From Chloroflexota bacterium (GTDB taxonomy: Bacteria > Chloroflexota > Dehalococcoidia > SHYD01), in the NCBI GenBank assembly GCA_016190485.1, contig JACPQN010000015.1, forward strand, positions 1 through 59,277: a stretch of 59,277 nucleotides of DNA, written 5' to 3'. The notes beneath the pieces are model-generated. The model saw nothing but the letters and a program-made list of their open reading frames with translations. It was not told the origin of the DNA and did not search any database. The position numbers and the translations under genes are program-made. Shown here piece by piece: positions 31,119 through 41,334 of this stretch. Numbering within the stretch: the first letter of the stretch is position 1; every line of letters starts with the position of its first letter.

Positions 31119-32252
31119 TCACAAGGCTTCCAGCAGCTCTTTCGCAGTCCAGGCGTCGGTGAACAGCGTGAGATGCCGGCGCTCGATGGGTGACTCCACG
31201 CTCGTAAGCAGCGCCAGCAACGCGGCCTTCTTCGACGCTCCCGCGCCCACCACCAGGACCTCCTCGGCCTCGCTGATTCGCCTAGCTTCTACGGCTAACA
31301 CCAGGTTGTTCACCTTCTTCACAGCGTCCAGGAACTCTTGAGGGACGTCCGAAGTGTCGCAAGCCAGAAAGAGTCGGTGGCAGACCTCGGCAACGCTGTC
31401 ACGGAGGCGACCGTCCTTTTCCTGGAACTTCCAGATGACCTCCAGCGGCTCCTGCATGGGGCCGAATTCCTTCTGATCGAAGTGGTAAAAATGGTGCTGC
31501 CTGTTGAGCTGGCCGATGCCCAGGAACGCAAGGTCCAACGTGGGTTCGGGCACAGGGGGTCGTTTCTGTCCATTGTCGTCCTTGGATATCCAGCCCCGCA
31601 TGTAGTGAACGGCTTGTCGATTAATCTGAAGGATAGAAGCAAGGCGGAACACGTTTTCGTCGGCGTCGAGATCTCTGGTGATGGGGTACCAAGCGCCAAC
31701 CCTTCCACCACCGGACAGCGAGTAGAGATGAATACCGCTGTACCCTGTCAGCCAACCTGGTCGCTTTTCGCTGAGCTCTCCGAGCTTATCAATGGTAAAT
31801 CCCACACCGCGACCAGCAGCCACACCAATGTGCATGTTGTTCCTGAGCCGGTCCATCAGATAGGGCGCGGTAGCTTCGGCAAGCGCCAGGTGCAGTCGAT
31901 CGGCGGCGAGGTAGGCCAATTCCGGCTGCGGGCCATCGTCTCGGAGGGGAGAGCACGCTGCTTCAGCCCCCAGGATGATAGCGACACGTGCGCGGATCTG
32001 GGCTGCCTTACTCAGTCTTGCGCCGAGGCCGTCGTCAAACCCAGCGAATCTGGCTACGGTCCTCCTATCCTGCTTGTCCACTAGCTGGAACCGCTTCTGA
32101 TTCAACCAGGTTTGGAAGCGCCTGTGGAGCGTGGCCGGGGAGTAGTGGTAGCGGGAGGAAAGTTCTTTGAACGGGACTCCGCCCAACAGATGCTCGGTGG
32201 CTATGTTGAGGGCCAGGTCTTCGAGGTCTTGCCCTTCCCGTTGATCCGACAT
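31119..32252 (-). CDS. SorC/CggR-like sugar-binding transcriptional regulator (divergent)
   Basis: N-terminal HTH (ELS.RY..S.ATLHR); IGVAAGRG, DLAFLGIG and GAGASK..A...LFTD..TA motifs. Confidence 0.72.
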   Translation of the reverse strand: MSDQREGQDLEDLALNIATEHLLGGVPFKELSSRYHYSPATLHRRFQTWLNQKRFQLVDKQDRRTVARFAGFDDGLGARLSKAAQIRARVAIILGAEAACSPLRDDGPQPELAYLAADRLHLALAEATAPYLMDRLRNNMHIGVAAGRGVGFTIDKLGELSEKRPGWLTGYSGIHLYSLSGGGRVGAWYPITRDLDADENVFRLASILQINRQAVHYMRGWISKDDNGQKRPPVPEPTLDLAFLGIGQLNRQHHFYHFDQKEFGPMQEPLEVIWKFQEKDGRLRDSVAEVCHRLFLACDTSDVPQEFLDAVKKVNNLVLAVEARRISEAEEVLVVGAGASKKAALLALLTSVESPIERRHLTLFTDAWTAKELLEAL

Positions 32253-32549
32253 TGGGACCTCCTATCTGCACGAGCAAACCATATCTCACCGTTGCTATAC
32301 TGATTCTCATATGATATCACCTCCACATCCTTGTCCAAAGTGGCCGGGAGGAATGATACTGCTGGCCAGTAGAGTTCGTCCAACGCATCCGTATACGGGG
32401 CGGGCTGACCGCAGAATGGGGGACATGAGACCAGAGCAGGTCGAGGCTGCATGCCTGAATCTTGACACTCCCAACTAGGCGTTGCTACTCTAACCACCAG
32501 TCTTGCGCTGAGGGTCCGGGGGTCCAGGAAAACTGAAGGAGGTTTGGGC

Positions 32550-33671
32550 ATGATTACTCTGAGCGTCATCAAGGCGGACGTTGGCTCTGTTGGCGGCCAC
32601 ACCCTGCCCACGGTCGAGATGCTTCAGGCAGTCCGGCAGCGGGTGCAGGAGGCAATCCAGCGGGGCCTGATCATCGATGGCCTGGTGACTCATACCGGCG
32701 ACGATATCGCCATGATCCTCACCCACGAGCGGGGGACCAACAACCGGGAAGTGCACGTGGACCTGGCCTGGAACGCTTTTCTGGCGGCCACTAACGTGGC
32801 CAAGGAGCAGGGCAACTACGGCGCGGGCCAGGACCTGCTGGTGGACGCGCCCTCCGGCAACGTGCGGGGAGCAGGCCCGGCCGTGGCGGAGATCGAGTTC
32901 GAGCCGCTCCCTTCCTACCGACCCGCCGAGTCCTTCGCCGTCTTCGCTGCGGACAAGTGCGCGCCTGGCGCGTACAACCTGCCGCTGTACATGACCTTCT
33001 GCGACCCCATGCACAACGGCGGGCTGCTCCTCAGTCCCCGCCTGCATGAGGGCTTTACCCTGACTGTCATTGACATGGACGCCAGGGAGGGCGATCGCCT
33101 CATCAAGCTAGACGTGCCGGAGCGGTCGTGGGACGTCTGCGCGCTGCTGCGGGACATGGACCGCTTTGCCATCGAGTCGGTCCACTCTCGGGCCTTCCCC
33201 AACGAGCAGGTGGTGTCCGTGTCGGCTACCCGGCTCCACAACATCGCCGGGCGCTACACCGGCAAGGATGACCCCGTGGCCATCGTCCGCAACCAGGGGA
33301 TCTTCCCCGCGCCCGAGGAGATGATCGAACCTTACCTTATCGGCCACTTCGTCACCGGCGACACCCGGGGCTCCCACACCATGCCGTTGATGCCGGTGTC
33401 CATCAATACCCCCGTAGCCGGGGCCTTCTGTCTCCCCATCGTCTCCTGTCTGGGATTCTCCATGGACGGCAAGGGGCATTTCTCCCACAGCTATGTGGAC
33501 TTCTTCGGCGATGGGGCCTGGGACAGCACCCGGCTCCACGTGCAGCGCAAGGCCGTGGAGATCCGCCGCCAGGGTTTCTTTGGCGTGGCCATGGCCTCCC
33601 AGTCGGAGATCGCCTACACCGGCCTGGTGGACACCATGAAAAAGCTGGACAAGGAGTTCTTCAGCCGCTAG
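32550..33671 (+). CDS. fbp: fructose-1,6-bisphosphate aldolase/phosphatase (class V FBPase)
   Basis: IKADVGSVGGH, GDDI, YGAGQDLL.DA.SGNVRG.GP and YTGKDDP (Schiff-base Lys); AAGGAGG RBS. Confidence 0.93.
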   Translation: MITLSVIKADVGSVGGHTLPTVEMLQAVRQRVQEAIQRGLIIDGLVTHTGDDIAMILTHERGTNNREVHVDLAWNAFLAATNVAKEQGNYGAGQDLLVDAPSGNVRGAGPAVAEIEFEPLPSYRPAESFAVFAADKCAPGAYNLPLYMTFCDPMHNGGLLLSPRLHEGFTLTVIDMDAREGDRLIKLDVPERSWDVCALLRDMDRFAIESVHSRAFPNEQVVSVSATRLHNIAGRYTGKDDPVAIVRNQGIFPAPEEMIEPYLIGHFVTGDTRGSHTMPLMPVSINTPVAGAFCLPIVSCLGFSMDGKGHFSHSYVDFFGDGAWDSTRLHVQRKAVEIRRQGFFGVAMASQSEIAYTGLVDTMKKLDKEFFSR

Positions 33672-33678
33672 GCAGCCG

Positions 33679-34305
33679 GTGCCTGACTCCCCGCTGCGAG
33701 CGCCGCGGCCCAAGCTCCTGGTTGCCACGGGAAACGCCGGCAAGCTGGCCGAGTACCGAGTACTGCTGGGAGACCTGCCCTGCCAGATCATCGGTCTCTG
33801 GGAAGCCGGGATCACCCTGGAGGTGGAGGAGGCGGGCGCCACCTACCACGAGAACGCCTGCCTGAAGGCCGAGGCCTACGCCCAGGCCAGTGGGCTGCTC
33901 ACGCTGGCCGACGACTCCGGGCTGGAGGTGGATGCCCTGGGCGGTGCGCCCGGTCCCCTCTCGGCCCGCTACGGCGGCCCCGGCCTGACCGACCCCCAGC
34001 GGGCGCAGCTCCTCCTGGCCAACCTCAGCGGGGTGGCCCAAGCCCAGCGGACGGCGCGCTTTGTCTGCGTCATCGCCATCGCGGGTTCGGGCATGGAGAC
34101 CCGGCTGGTGCAGGGGGAGTGCCGCGGGACTATTACCACCGAGCCCCGGGGCGACAACGGCTTTGGCTACGATCCCGTCTTCCTGGTGCCGGAGCTGGGC
34201 CGGACCCTGGCGGAGCTTTCTGCCAGCGCCAAGGACGCGGTGAGCCATCGGGGCAACGCGGCCCGGGCAGCGCGACGCGTTCTGGAGGAGCGGCGGCGGC
34301 GCTAA
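33679..34305 (+). CDS. rdgB: non-canonical purine NTP pyrophosphatase
   Basis: ATGNAGK, ADDSGLEVDAL.G.PG..SARY, GFGYDPVF and SHRG motifs. Confidence 0.95.
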   Translation: MPDSPLRAPRPKLLVATGNAGKLAEYRVLLGDLPCQIIGLWEAGITLEVEEAGATYHENACLKAEAYAQASGLLTLADDSGLEVDALGGAPGPLSARYGGPGLTDPQRAQLLLANLSGVAQAQRTARFVCVIAIAGSGMETRLVQGECRGTITTEPRGDNGFGYDPVFLVPELGRTLAELSASAKDAVSHRGNAARAARRVLEERRRR

Positions 34306-34322
34306 GGGCACAATGCACTGCC

Positions 34323-34425
34323 CGAGAGTGTTTAATAACTCCGTACTGCAGGCTGAAGCCTGCAGCATAGCCGCTCAGAATGCCTCAGGCTTGAGCCTGA
34401 GGTGGCAGGTTGATAAACACCCTCG
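34323..34425. repeat. MITE/REP-like repeat family A, copy 3
   Basis: TIR CGAGAGTGTTTA...TAAACACCCTCG with two internal palindromes. Confidence 0.8.
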
Positions 34426-34436
34426 CTGCCCCTGCT

Positions 34437-34465
34437 TTGCCACTCTCCCCTAACCCCTTTACAAT
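34437..34465 (+). promoter_or_regulatory. sigma70-type promoter of moaA
   Basis: TTGCCA-N17-TACAAT. Confidence 0.7.
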
Positions 34466-34496
34466 AGTGGCAGAGAGGGAGAGCTGGCCAAGCCAC

Positions 34497-35507
34497 ATGG
34501 ATGCCGTTACCGATACTCGAAATCGCCCGCTGCGAGACCTGCGGATCTCCGTGACGGACCGGTGCAACTTCCGGTGCGTCTACTGCATGCCCCGAGAGGT
34601 CTTCGGCCGGGGTTACGCCTTTCTGCCCCACAGCCAGGTCCTCACCTTCGAAGAGATCACCCGCCTGGCCCGGCTCTTCGTGGCCCAGGGCGTGGAGAAG
34701 GTGCGGATTACCGGTGGCGAGCCCCTGGTGCGCCATGACATCGAAAAGCTGGTCGCCATGCTGGCTGCCGTCCCCGGCCTCCACGACCTCACCCTCACCA
34801 CCAACGGCGCGCTGCTCAAGCGGAAGGCACAGGCCCTGCGGGAGGCCGGCCTCCGGCGCATCACCGTGAGCCTGGACTCCCTGCGGGACGATGTCTTCAT
34901 GGCCATGAACGACGTGGACTTCCCGGTGCAGGGCGTGCTGGAGGGCATCGAGGCGGCCCAGGAGGCGGGTCTGCATCCAATCAAGGTCAATATGGTGGTG
35001 AAGCGGGGCGTCAACGACAGCGACGCGCTGGACATGGCCCGCTATTTCCGGGAGCGCGGGCATATCCTCCGCTTCATCGAGTACATGGATGTGGGCACCA
35101 CCAACGGGTGGCGCATGGACGACGTGGTGCCTGCGGCGGAGATCCTCCGCATGATAGACGGGGAGATGCCCCTGGAGCCGGCGGAGGCCAACTACCCCGG
35201 CGAGGTGGCGGAGCGCTATCGCTACAAGGACGGCGGGGGAGAGATCGGGATCATCGCGTCGGTCACGCAGCCCTTCTGCGGGGCCTGCACCAGGGCCCGC
35301 CTCTCCGCCGAGGGTAAGTTCTACACCTGTCTCTTCTCCAGCGCGGGCCACGATCTGCGGGGCCTGCTGCGGGGTGGGGCGACGGACGACGAGCTTTCGG
35401 CCTTCCTGCGCTCGGTCTGGCGCATCCGCGACGACCGCTACTCAGAGGTGCGGGCCGAGGCCACCGCATCCCTTCCCAAGATCGAGATGTCCTACATCGG
35501 CGGGTGA
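34497..35507 (+). CDS. moaA: GTP 3',8-cyclase
   Basis: [28 protein letters not shown]...C and C-terminal MSYIGG motifs. Confidence 0.96.
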   Translation: MDAVTDTRNRPLRDLRISVTDRCNFRCVYCMPREVFGRGYAFLPHSQVLTFEEITRLARLFVAQGVEKVRITGGEPLVRHDIEKLVAMLAAVPGLHDLTLTTNGALLKRKAQALREAGLRRITVSLDSLRDDVFMAMNDVDFPVQGVLEGIEAAQEAGLHPIKVNMVVKRGVNDSDALDMARYFRERGHILRFIEYMDVGTTNGWRMDDVVPAAEILRMIDGEMPLEPAEANYPGEVAERYRYKDGGGEIGIIASVTQPFCGACTRARLSAEGKFYTCLFSSAGHDLRGLLRGGATDDELSAFLRSVWRIRDDRYSEVRAEATASLPKIEMSYIGG

Positions 35508-35554
35508 GGACCCGCTGCACAATCGCCTATTCCAGTTCCTGCGAGGCCGCTCCC

Positions 35555-36499
35555 ATGCCTGACCTCCCCGCCTACGAGATCTACACCGACGGCGCCTGCA
35601 CCGGCAACCCCGGCCCCGGCGGATGGGCGGCCGTGCTCACCGGCGCCGCCGGCGGCTCCTGGCGTGCTGGCCACGAGGAGCGCACCACCAATAACCGGAT
35701 GGAGATCAAGGCCGCCATCAAGGGCCTGGAGCAGACGCTCGCGGGCAGCCAGGTGACCGTGTACAGCGACAGCCAGTACCTGGTGAACACCATGACCAGA
35801 GGCTGGCAACGCAAGATGAACCTGGACCTGTGGGCGCAACTGGACGGGCTGGTGGGAGAGCGGCACGTCTCCTGGCGGTGGGTGCCCGGCCATGCCGGCT
35901 ACCCGCTCAACGAGGAGGCCAACCGCCTGGCCCAAGCCGCGGCGGACCCCGGCGCGCCCCACGACCAGTCCGGCGTGCTGGAGGGCGGGCCGGGAGCGCC
36001 CGCTGTCTCACTCCCCAGCGAGACGCCTCACCTCTCCCACCTGGACGAGCAGGGCCGCGCCCGCATGGTGGATGTCTCGGCCAAGGAGGAGACCCGCCGT
36101 GAGGCAGTGGCCAAGGGCGCCGTCTTCATGCGGTCCGAGACCCTCGCCCTCCTCCAGTCGGGGGGCATCGCCAAGGGCGACGTGCTGACGGTGGCTCAGG
36201 TAGCGGGCGTTATGGCTGCCAAGCGCACCAGCGAGCTGATCCCCATGTGTCACCCGCTGCGCCTCTCCCACATTCAGGTGGAGCTCCAACCCGACCCAGC
36301 CCTCTCCTGCGTAGAGATCACCGCCACCGTGCGCACCACGGACCGCACGGGCGTGGAGATGGAGGCCCTGACGGCCGTCTCCGTGGCGGCGCTGACCATC
36401 TACGACATGTGCAAGGCCGTGGACCGGGCCATGCGCATCAGCGACGTGCGCCTCACCCGCAAGTCCGGCGGCAAGAGCGGGGACTTCCGCCAGGGGTAG
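35555..36499 (+). CDS. rnhA-moaC: ribonuclease HI fused to cyclic pyranopterin monophosphate synthase
   Basis: [25 protein letters not shown] and WV.GHAG, then LSHLD..G.ARMVDVS.K, IPMCHP and GVEMEAL in one frame. Confidence 0.92.
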   Translation: MPDLPAYEIYTDGACTGNPGPGGWAAVLTGAAGGSWRAGHEERTTNNRMEIKAAIKGLEQTLAGSQVTVYSDSQYLVNTMTRGWQRKMNLDLWAQLDGLVGERHVSWRWVPGHAGYPLNEEANRLAQAAADPGAPHDQSGVLEGGPGAPAVSLPSETPHLSHLDEQGRARMVDVSAKEETRREAVAKGAVFMRSETLALLQSGGIAKGDVLTVAQVAGVMAAKRTSELIPMCHPLRLSHIQVELQPDPALSCVEITATVRTTDRTGVEMEALTAVSVAALTIYDMCKAVDRAMRISDVRLTRKSGGKSGDFRQG

Positions 36500-36517
36500 C
36501 AGGAGCGGGAAAGAGGC

Positions 36518-37654
36518 ATGGTAGTCAACCCGCACATCAAGTTCACCCTGCGCGACTACATGGCCACGCCGGAGGACACGCGGTACGAGCTGATCGATGG
36601 TGAGCTGACCCGCATGCCCTCCGTGGATGTGGAACACCAGGAGGTGCTCGGCCATCTGCTGAGCACGTTGAGCAGATACATCGAAGCCAAGGGTCTGGGC
36701 ACAGTGTGCAGTGCGCCGCTCGACGTGGTGCTATCTGACCACGACGTGGTAGAACCAGACCTCCTGTATGTCTCAAAACAGCGGGCGCATATCGTCAAGG
36801 ATCGCATCTATGGCGCGCCGGATCTGGTGGTGGAAGTCCTCTCGCCGGAGACCGAGGAGCGGGACCGCACCCTCAAGCGGACTCTCTACGCCCGCCACGG
36901 CGTGCGCGAGCTCTGGCTGGTGGATCTACAAAGGAGAACTATCGAGGTCCTTAAGCTCAGCGGCAGCGCCTTTGAGCGTGTGAGCATTTATACTGAAGGG
37001 GAAACGCTACGCTCGCCCTTACTTCAGGAGTTGACGCTGCGGTTGGACTTCTGGCCCCTTCCGCGGCCCAACAAGAAACAGGAAAAGGTGACCACCGTGG
37101 TCAACTCCAAGATCAAGTTTACCGTCCGGGACTATGTGGCCACACCCGTGGACAAGCGGTACGAGTTGCTCGAAGGAGAGTTGCTTGTGGCACCATCTCC
37201 CCCGCCAAACCACCAGAGAATAACAAGGCGGCTTTTGAGATGGCTCAGCGAGTTTGTGGAGCAGCGGAACCTAGGAGAGGTCTTTGACGCGCCTCTGGAT
37301 GTGATCCTCTCCGACTATGATGTCCTGCAACCCGACGTGCTGTTCATCTCAAAGGAGCGTGCTGGAATCATCCGAGATCGCATCTACGGCGCGCCGGACC
37401 TGGTAGTAGAGGTGCTGTCTCCAGGCACCGAGGAGCGTGACAGAGTTCTCAAGCGCACCATCTATGCCCGCTATGGCGTGCGAGAGTACTGGCTGGTGGA
37501 CCCCCAGCAGGAATCGGTGGAGGTGCTGGCGCTAGAGCCCGAGGGCTTCGTGCTGGCTGCCATCTATCACGCCGGTGAGGCGCTCACGTCTCCTGTGCTG
37601 GAGGGGCTGGCCCTGGCCGTCGAGCCGCTATTTAGCACCCAGGGAGACCGGTGA
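36518..37654 (+). CDS. tandem double Uma2 (DUF820) endonuclease-like protein
   Basis: Two copies of RYEL..GEL, PD, GAPDLVVEVLSP and YA..GV.E.WLVD. Confidence 0.88.
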   Translation: MVVNPHIKFTLRDYMATPEDTRYELIDGELTRMPSVDVEHQEVLGHLLSTLSRYIEAKGLGTVCSAPLDVVLSDHDVVEPDLLYVSKQRAHIVKDRIYGAPDLVVEVLSPETEERDRTLKRTLYARHGVRELWLVDLQRRTIEVLKLSGSAFERVSIYTEGETLRSPLLQELTLRLDFWPLPRPNKKQEKVTTVVNSKIKFTVRDYVATPVDKRYELLEGELLVAPSPPPNHQRITRRLLRWLSEFVEQRNLGEVFDAPLDVILSDYDVLQPDVLFISKERAGIIRDRIYGAPDLVVEVLSPGTEERDRVLKRTIYARYGVREYWLVDPQQESVEVLALEPEGFVLAAIYHAGEALTSPVLEGLALAVEPLFSTQGDR

Positions 37655-37720
37655 GGCCCACGTTGCTGTGCGCCACGTCATAGACACGGCGCGCCACCTG
37701 CGGTATGAAGGTAACGGAGT

Positions 37721-38311
37721 ATGTGGCATAGATCACCAGTCGGGCCAGGGAGCCGCGCTACGACGCCGCTGAGGTGGCTGCTCCGGCGGGTTAAGTCGCG
37801 CGGGCGGGGGCAGTCCCTGGTGGAGTTTGCCCTGGTGCTTCCCATGCTGACCCTGCTGGTGATGGGGTCGGTGGACTTCGGCAGGGCCATGTACGCCGTC
37901 ATCACGGTGAACAACGCCGCGTTCCACAGCGCGCTCTGGGCGGCGAACCACCTCCGCTACGGCACCACGGGGTGCGGCACTTCCGGCGCGTACTGCTGCC
38001 CCCCCCAGAACAACACCACTGCCATAGACACCGTGGCCCCCACCCGGATCCGGGACGTGGTGATCCGGGACTTCCTGGTGGGGCTGGATTACACGGCCAC
38101 CTGCTCCTCCGAGAGCTCATCGGTGAGCAGCGCCTGCAACCCAGCCGTGAGCTGCTCCACCAGCACCGACGGCTACAGCCACAGCAGCGGCACCGCCTAC
38201 CGCTACGCCGAGGTGACGGTGACCTACCGGTGGACCGCCATCGGCCCCTACGATGCGCTGCTGGGCCAGATCGACATCCCCCGTAGCGTGCGTCTCCGCA
38301 AGGTGCCGTGA
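37721..38311 (+). CDS. TadE-family minor pilin
   Basis: RGQSLVEFALVLP prepilin cleavage motif followed by a TM segment. Confidence 0.85.
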   Translation: MWHRSPVGPGSRATTPLRWLLRRVKSRGRGQSLVEFALVLPMLTLLVMGSVDFGRAMYAVITVNNAAFHSALWAANHLRYGTTGCGTSGAYCCPPQNNTTAIDTVAPTRIRDVVIRDFLVGLDYTATCSSESSSVSSACNPAVSCSTSTDGYSHSSGTAYRYAEVTVTYRWTAIGPYDALLGQIDIPRSVRLRKVP

Positions 38312-38790
38312 TGCTCCGTCCAGTGCGGGACCAGGCGGGGCAGAGCCTGGTTGAGTTCTCCCTGATGTTCGTGACCTTCATGTTCGTGATGGCGGGCATC
38401 TTCGACTTCAGCCGGGCCATCTACTACTACAACTCCCTCTCCGAGGCCGCGCGCGCCGGCGCGCGCTACGCCATCGTCCACGGCGAGAACGCCACCTCGG
38501 CCGCAGGGCCCTGCACCTCCGGCGCCTCCTGCGACTGCTCCGATAGCGCCGCCCCCAACGCCACGGCCATCCGCACCGCCGTGCTAACCCGCACCCAGGG
38601 GATGGACCCCGGCACCATCATCACCACCTGCTCCTGGCCGGACCAGAACACCGCCGGCACCTACCGCAACGCCCGGAACAGACGTGTGAAAGTCACTGTG
38701 GCCTACACCTATCAGCCCATCCTGACCGCGTTCATCCCTGACGCGACCATCACCCTCCAGGGCGAGGCCACCTCTTTCATCCAGTTCTAG
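38308..38790 (+). CDS. TadE-family minor pilin
   Basis: AGQSLVEFSL and AARAGARYA motifs. Confidence 0.88.
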   Translation: MMLRPVRDQAGQSLVEFSLMFVTFMFVMAGIFDFSRAIYYYNSLSEAARAGARYAIVHGENATSAAGPCTSGASCDCSDSAAPNATAIRTAVLTRTQGMDPGTIITTCSWPDQNTAGTYRNARNRRVKVTVAYTYQPILTAFIPDATITLQGEATSFIQF

Positions 38791-38965
38791 TGTGGTGTCT
38801 CTAAAGAACGCCGCGAACGTCATTGCGAGAGCCGGAGGTGACGAAGCGATCTGGGTGGAGGCATGGCCTAGCTTCCCACCCCCAGATTGCCACGCCCTCC
38901 TTCGTCGGGCTCGCAATGACCCTCCGGCCGGGGTTTGTCAACGCATTTCGAAGACGGGACACTAG
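38787..38965. mobile_element. MITE-like element family C
   Basis: CTAG-TGTGGTGTCT...AGACGGGACA-CTAG; inner GTCATTGCGAG...CTCGCAATGAC. Confidence 0.75.
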
Positions 38966-38972
38966 CAAGGAC

Positions 38973-40466
38973 ATGAGCACAGCAGAGAGCATGGCGCCGA
39001 GAGGACAGTCTGAAGCCCGCGTCGCGGCCCAGCGGGGCCAGATCCTGGTCATGGTGGCCATCATGATGCCCATCATGCTGGCCTTCGTGGGGCTGGTGCT
39101 GGACAGCGGCTTTATCTACGCCGAATCCCGGCGCGCGCAAGCCGCGGCAGACGCCGTGGCCTGGTCGGCCGCCACCTATTTCTGGAAGAACGCCACGGCC
39201 GACTGCACGGCCACCAGCGCCTCACCGGGCACGGATACCTGCGGCGCCCTGGCCTACGCCAGCGCCCTGGAGTACTCCAGCAGCACCGGGGCCACCGTTA
39301 CCGTCACCCATCCGGCGGATCCTGTCATCACCAACACCTATGGCACCAAGGACTACGCCACGGTGGGTGACTACGTGCTGGTGAGCATCGAGAAGGACGT
39401 CCCCCAGTTCTTCATCGGTGTCGTGTTCCCGGCCCTGGCCCGCGCCAAGGGCACCGCTATCGGCGGCATCGCCCGGATGCCCATGGAGTACGCGCTGGTG
39501 GCCCTGGATACTGTGTGCAGCACTAACCTGGGCCTCAGCGGAAACGTGGACCTCATCGTCAACAACGGCGGGATCATGAGCAACTGCCCTAGTACCACAT
39601 CGGTCAACGTTTCAGGGTCTGCTGGCCTCAAGGCCGACGCCATCCAGACCACAGGCAACTGCAGTCCCAATCCCCTTCCCACGCCCAGCCCTTCGGGAAC
39701 GTCGCCTACCTGCGAGACGGGCATTGCCCCCATCAGCGATCCCATCGGCACCTTGCCCTACCCGTGCACCACCACCACCACCGGCAACGAATCCACGAGC
39801 ACCGCCGGCTATGGCTACTGCGCATCCCGCGGGAGCGTCTCCGGAAACCAAGACATAGTGCTGAATCCGGGCGTTTATACCAGCATCAATCCCTCGGGCA
39901 GCGCTATGGTCTGGCTGCGCTCGGGGATCTACGTCATCAAAGGTGGAGGCATATCCACCTCTGGTACCACCGGTATCAGCGTCTGTGCCACGGACAATAG
40001 CGCTCCTGCTGGCTCGGCCCCACCGGGCAGCACCGGCCTCGTCTCCCTCGGCTACGGCTGCACCGGCGGTAACGGAGGGGTCTTCATCTTCAACGCCCCC
40101 AGCACCTACGATGGCAGCAATACCGCGAACCCCTGTGGCGGCGGCACCAGCGGTGGCGCCATCAACCTCTCCGGCACCAGCGGCTTCGACTTTCGGTCCC
40201 TGACCAGCGGCCCATACAACGGAATGGCTATATGGCAGGGGTGCGGTCTCACAAATAACATGACCCTGAGCGGAGATGCCGACTCGAAGGTCCAGGGCAC
40301 GGTGTATATTCCCAGCGCCGACGTCACCCTCAGTGGCAACGCCTCGTGGAGCACCCCCAGCGCAGTGATCGCCAACGCCGTGACCGCCAGCGGCAGCGTT
40401 GCCATCACCATCAACTATGACGCCAACTCCGCCTACAAGCCCTACAACGTGGTGCTGGCCAACTAG
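38973..40466 (+). CDS. TadG-like pilus protein with Ser/Thr/Gly/Cys-rich adhesin-like C-terminus
   Basis: RGQILV.VA, D.G..Y...RAQAAADA.A, L.PG.Y and G.VY.PSA.V.LSGN motifs; ATG after AAGGA. Confidence 0.82.
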   Translation: MSTAESMAPRGQSEARVAAQRGQILVMVAIMMPIMLAFVGLVLDSGFIYAESRRAQAAADAVAWSAATYFWKNATADCTATSASPGTDTCGALAYASALEYSSSTGATVTVTHPADPVITNTYGTKDYATVGDYVLVSIEKDVPQFFIGVVFPALARAKGTAIGGIARMPMEYALVALDTVCSTNLGLSGNVDLIVNNGGIMSNCPSTTSVNVSGSAGLKADAIQTTGNCSPNPLPTPSPSGTSPTCETGIAPISDPIGTLPYPCTTTTTGNESTSTAGYGYCASRGSVSGNQDIVLNPGVYTSINPSGSAMVWLRSGIYVIKGGGISTSGTTGISVCATDNSAPAGSAPPGSTGLVSLGYGCTGGNGGVFIFNAPSTYDGSNTANPCGGGTSGGAINLSGTSGFDFRSLTSGPYNGMAIWQGCGLTNNMTLSGDADSKVQGTVYIPSADVTLSGNASWSTPSAVIANAVTASGSVAITINYDANSAYKPYNVVLAN

Positions 40467-40693
40467 TGGGGTGTTCCTGAAGAACGCCGCGAATTTGTCG
40501 TTGCGAGAAGGCGAAGCCGACCCTTAGGTAGGCTCAGGACAAGCGTGGCAATCCGGAGGAGGGAAGCCATCCTGCTGGGAGGGGATCGTTACCCCTCCCA
40601 GATTGTCACCCTTCGGCAGGCTCAGGGCAGGCGGCCCTCGTTCCTCGGGCCTCGCAATGACATCTGCACCAAGCTTCGGAACCAGGACGTTAG
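40463..40693. mobile_element. MITE-like element family C
   Basis: CTAGTGGGGTGTTCCTGAAGAACGCCGCGAA start shared with the 38787 copy; REP core. Confidence 0.65.
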
Positions 40694-40775
40694 CTGATCG
40701 GCCTCCGCCCCCCACACCCTCGCCTTGACGGTGGCGCGTGCCCACGCTACACTGCGAGAAAAGCATGATGCGTGC

Positions 40776-41177
40776 ATGATCGCTGCCGGCAGAAGTCCGA
40801 CACTAGTGCTACCGCTAGCCCTGCTCCTGGTCGCCATCCTTTTCTCCGTCACCGGCGAACTGCTCCTGAAGCACGGCATGAACCGGTTTGGGGTGCTGGA
40901 CCTGCACCCCACCTACCTGGCTTCCTCGCTGGCGCAGGTGTTCAGCAGCCCCTACGTGCTGGCGGGCTTCGCCTGCATCTTCACGGGCTCCATCTTCTGG
41001 CTCTCGGTCATCTCCCGGGTGCATCTGAGCTACGCCTACCCCATGCTGAGCCTGAGCTACATCCTGGTGGTGGGCGCCTCCTGGCTCTTCCTGGGGGAGC
41101 AGTTCACCTGGGTGCGGGTGCTGGGCGTGCTGGTGATTATCCTGGGGGTGAGCCTGGTCTTCTGGAGCGGCCAGTAA
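40776..41177 (+). CDS. SMR/EamA-like small transporter (ArnE/F-like flippase)
   Basis: Four TM segments; LS.AYP.LSL.YI motif; promoter TTGACG-N17-TACACT at 40725-40753. Confidence 0.85.
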   Translation: MIAAGRSPTLVLPLALLLVAILFSVTGELLLKHGMNRFGVLDLHPTYLASSLAQVFSSPYVLAGFACIFTGSIFWLSVISRVHLSYAYPMLSLSYILVVGASWLFLGEQFTWVRVLGVLVIILGVSLVFWSGQ

Positions 41178-41334
41178 TGTTTGGTCCTCGTGACCCCCTC
41201 CCTCCTTCGGCAGGCTCAGGACGGCGTCTAGCTCCCTCCCACAAGGGGAGGGAGAACGTCCTCCCTCTCCCTCGATGGGAGAGGGTAAGGGTGAGGGTGC
41301 CCTCTTCCCATTGCGCCGACGTTGGGTTGGGGCC

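Noticed and set aside
38823-38972. N-terminal extension of TadG (similarly Ogt from 16344, AlkA from 16829 and HerA from 52773)
   Set aside because: The extensions run through a MITE or the upstream gene; internal starts have an RBS or stop/start overlap.
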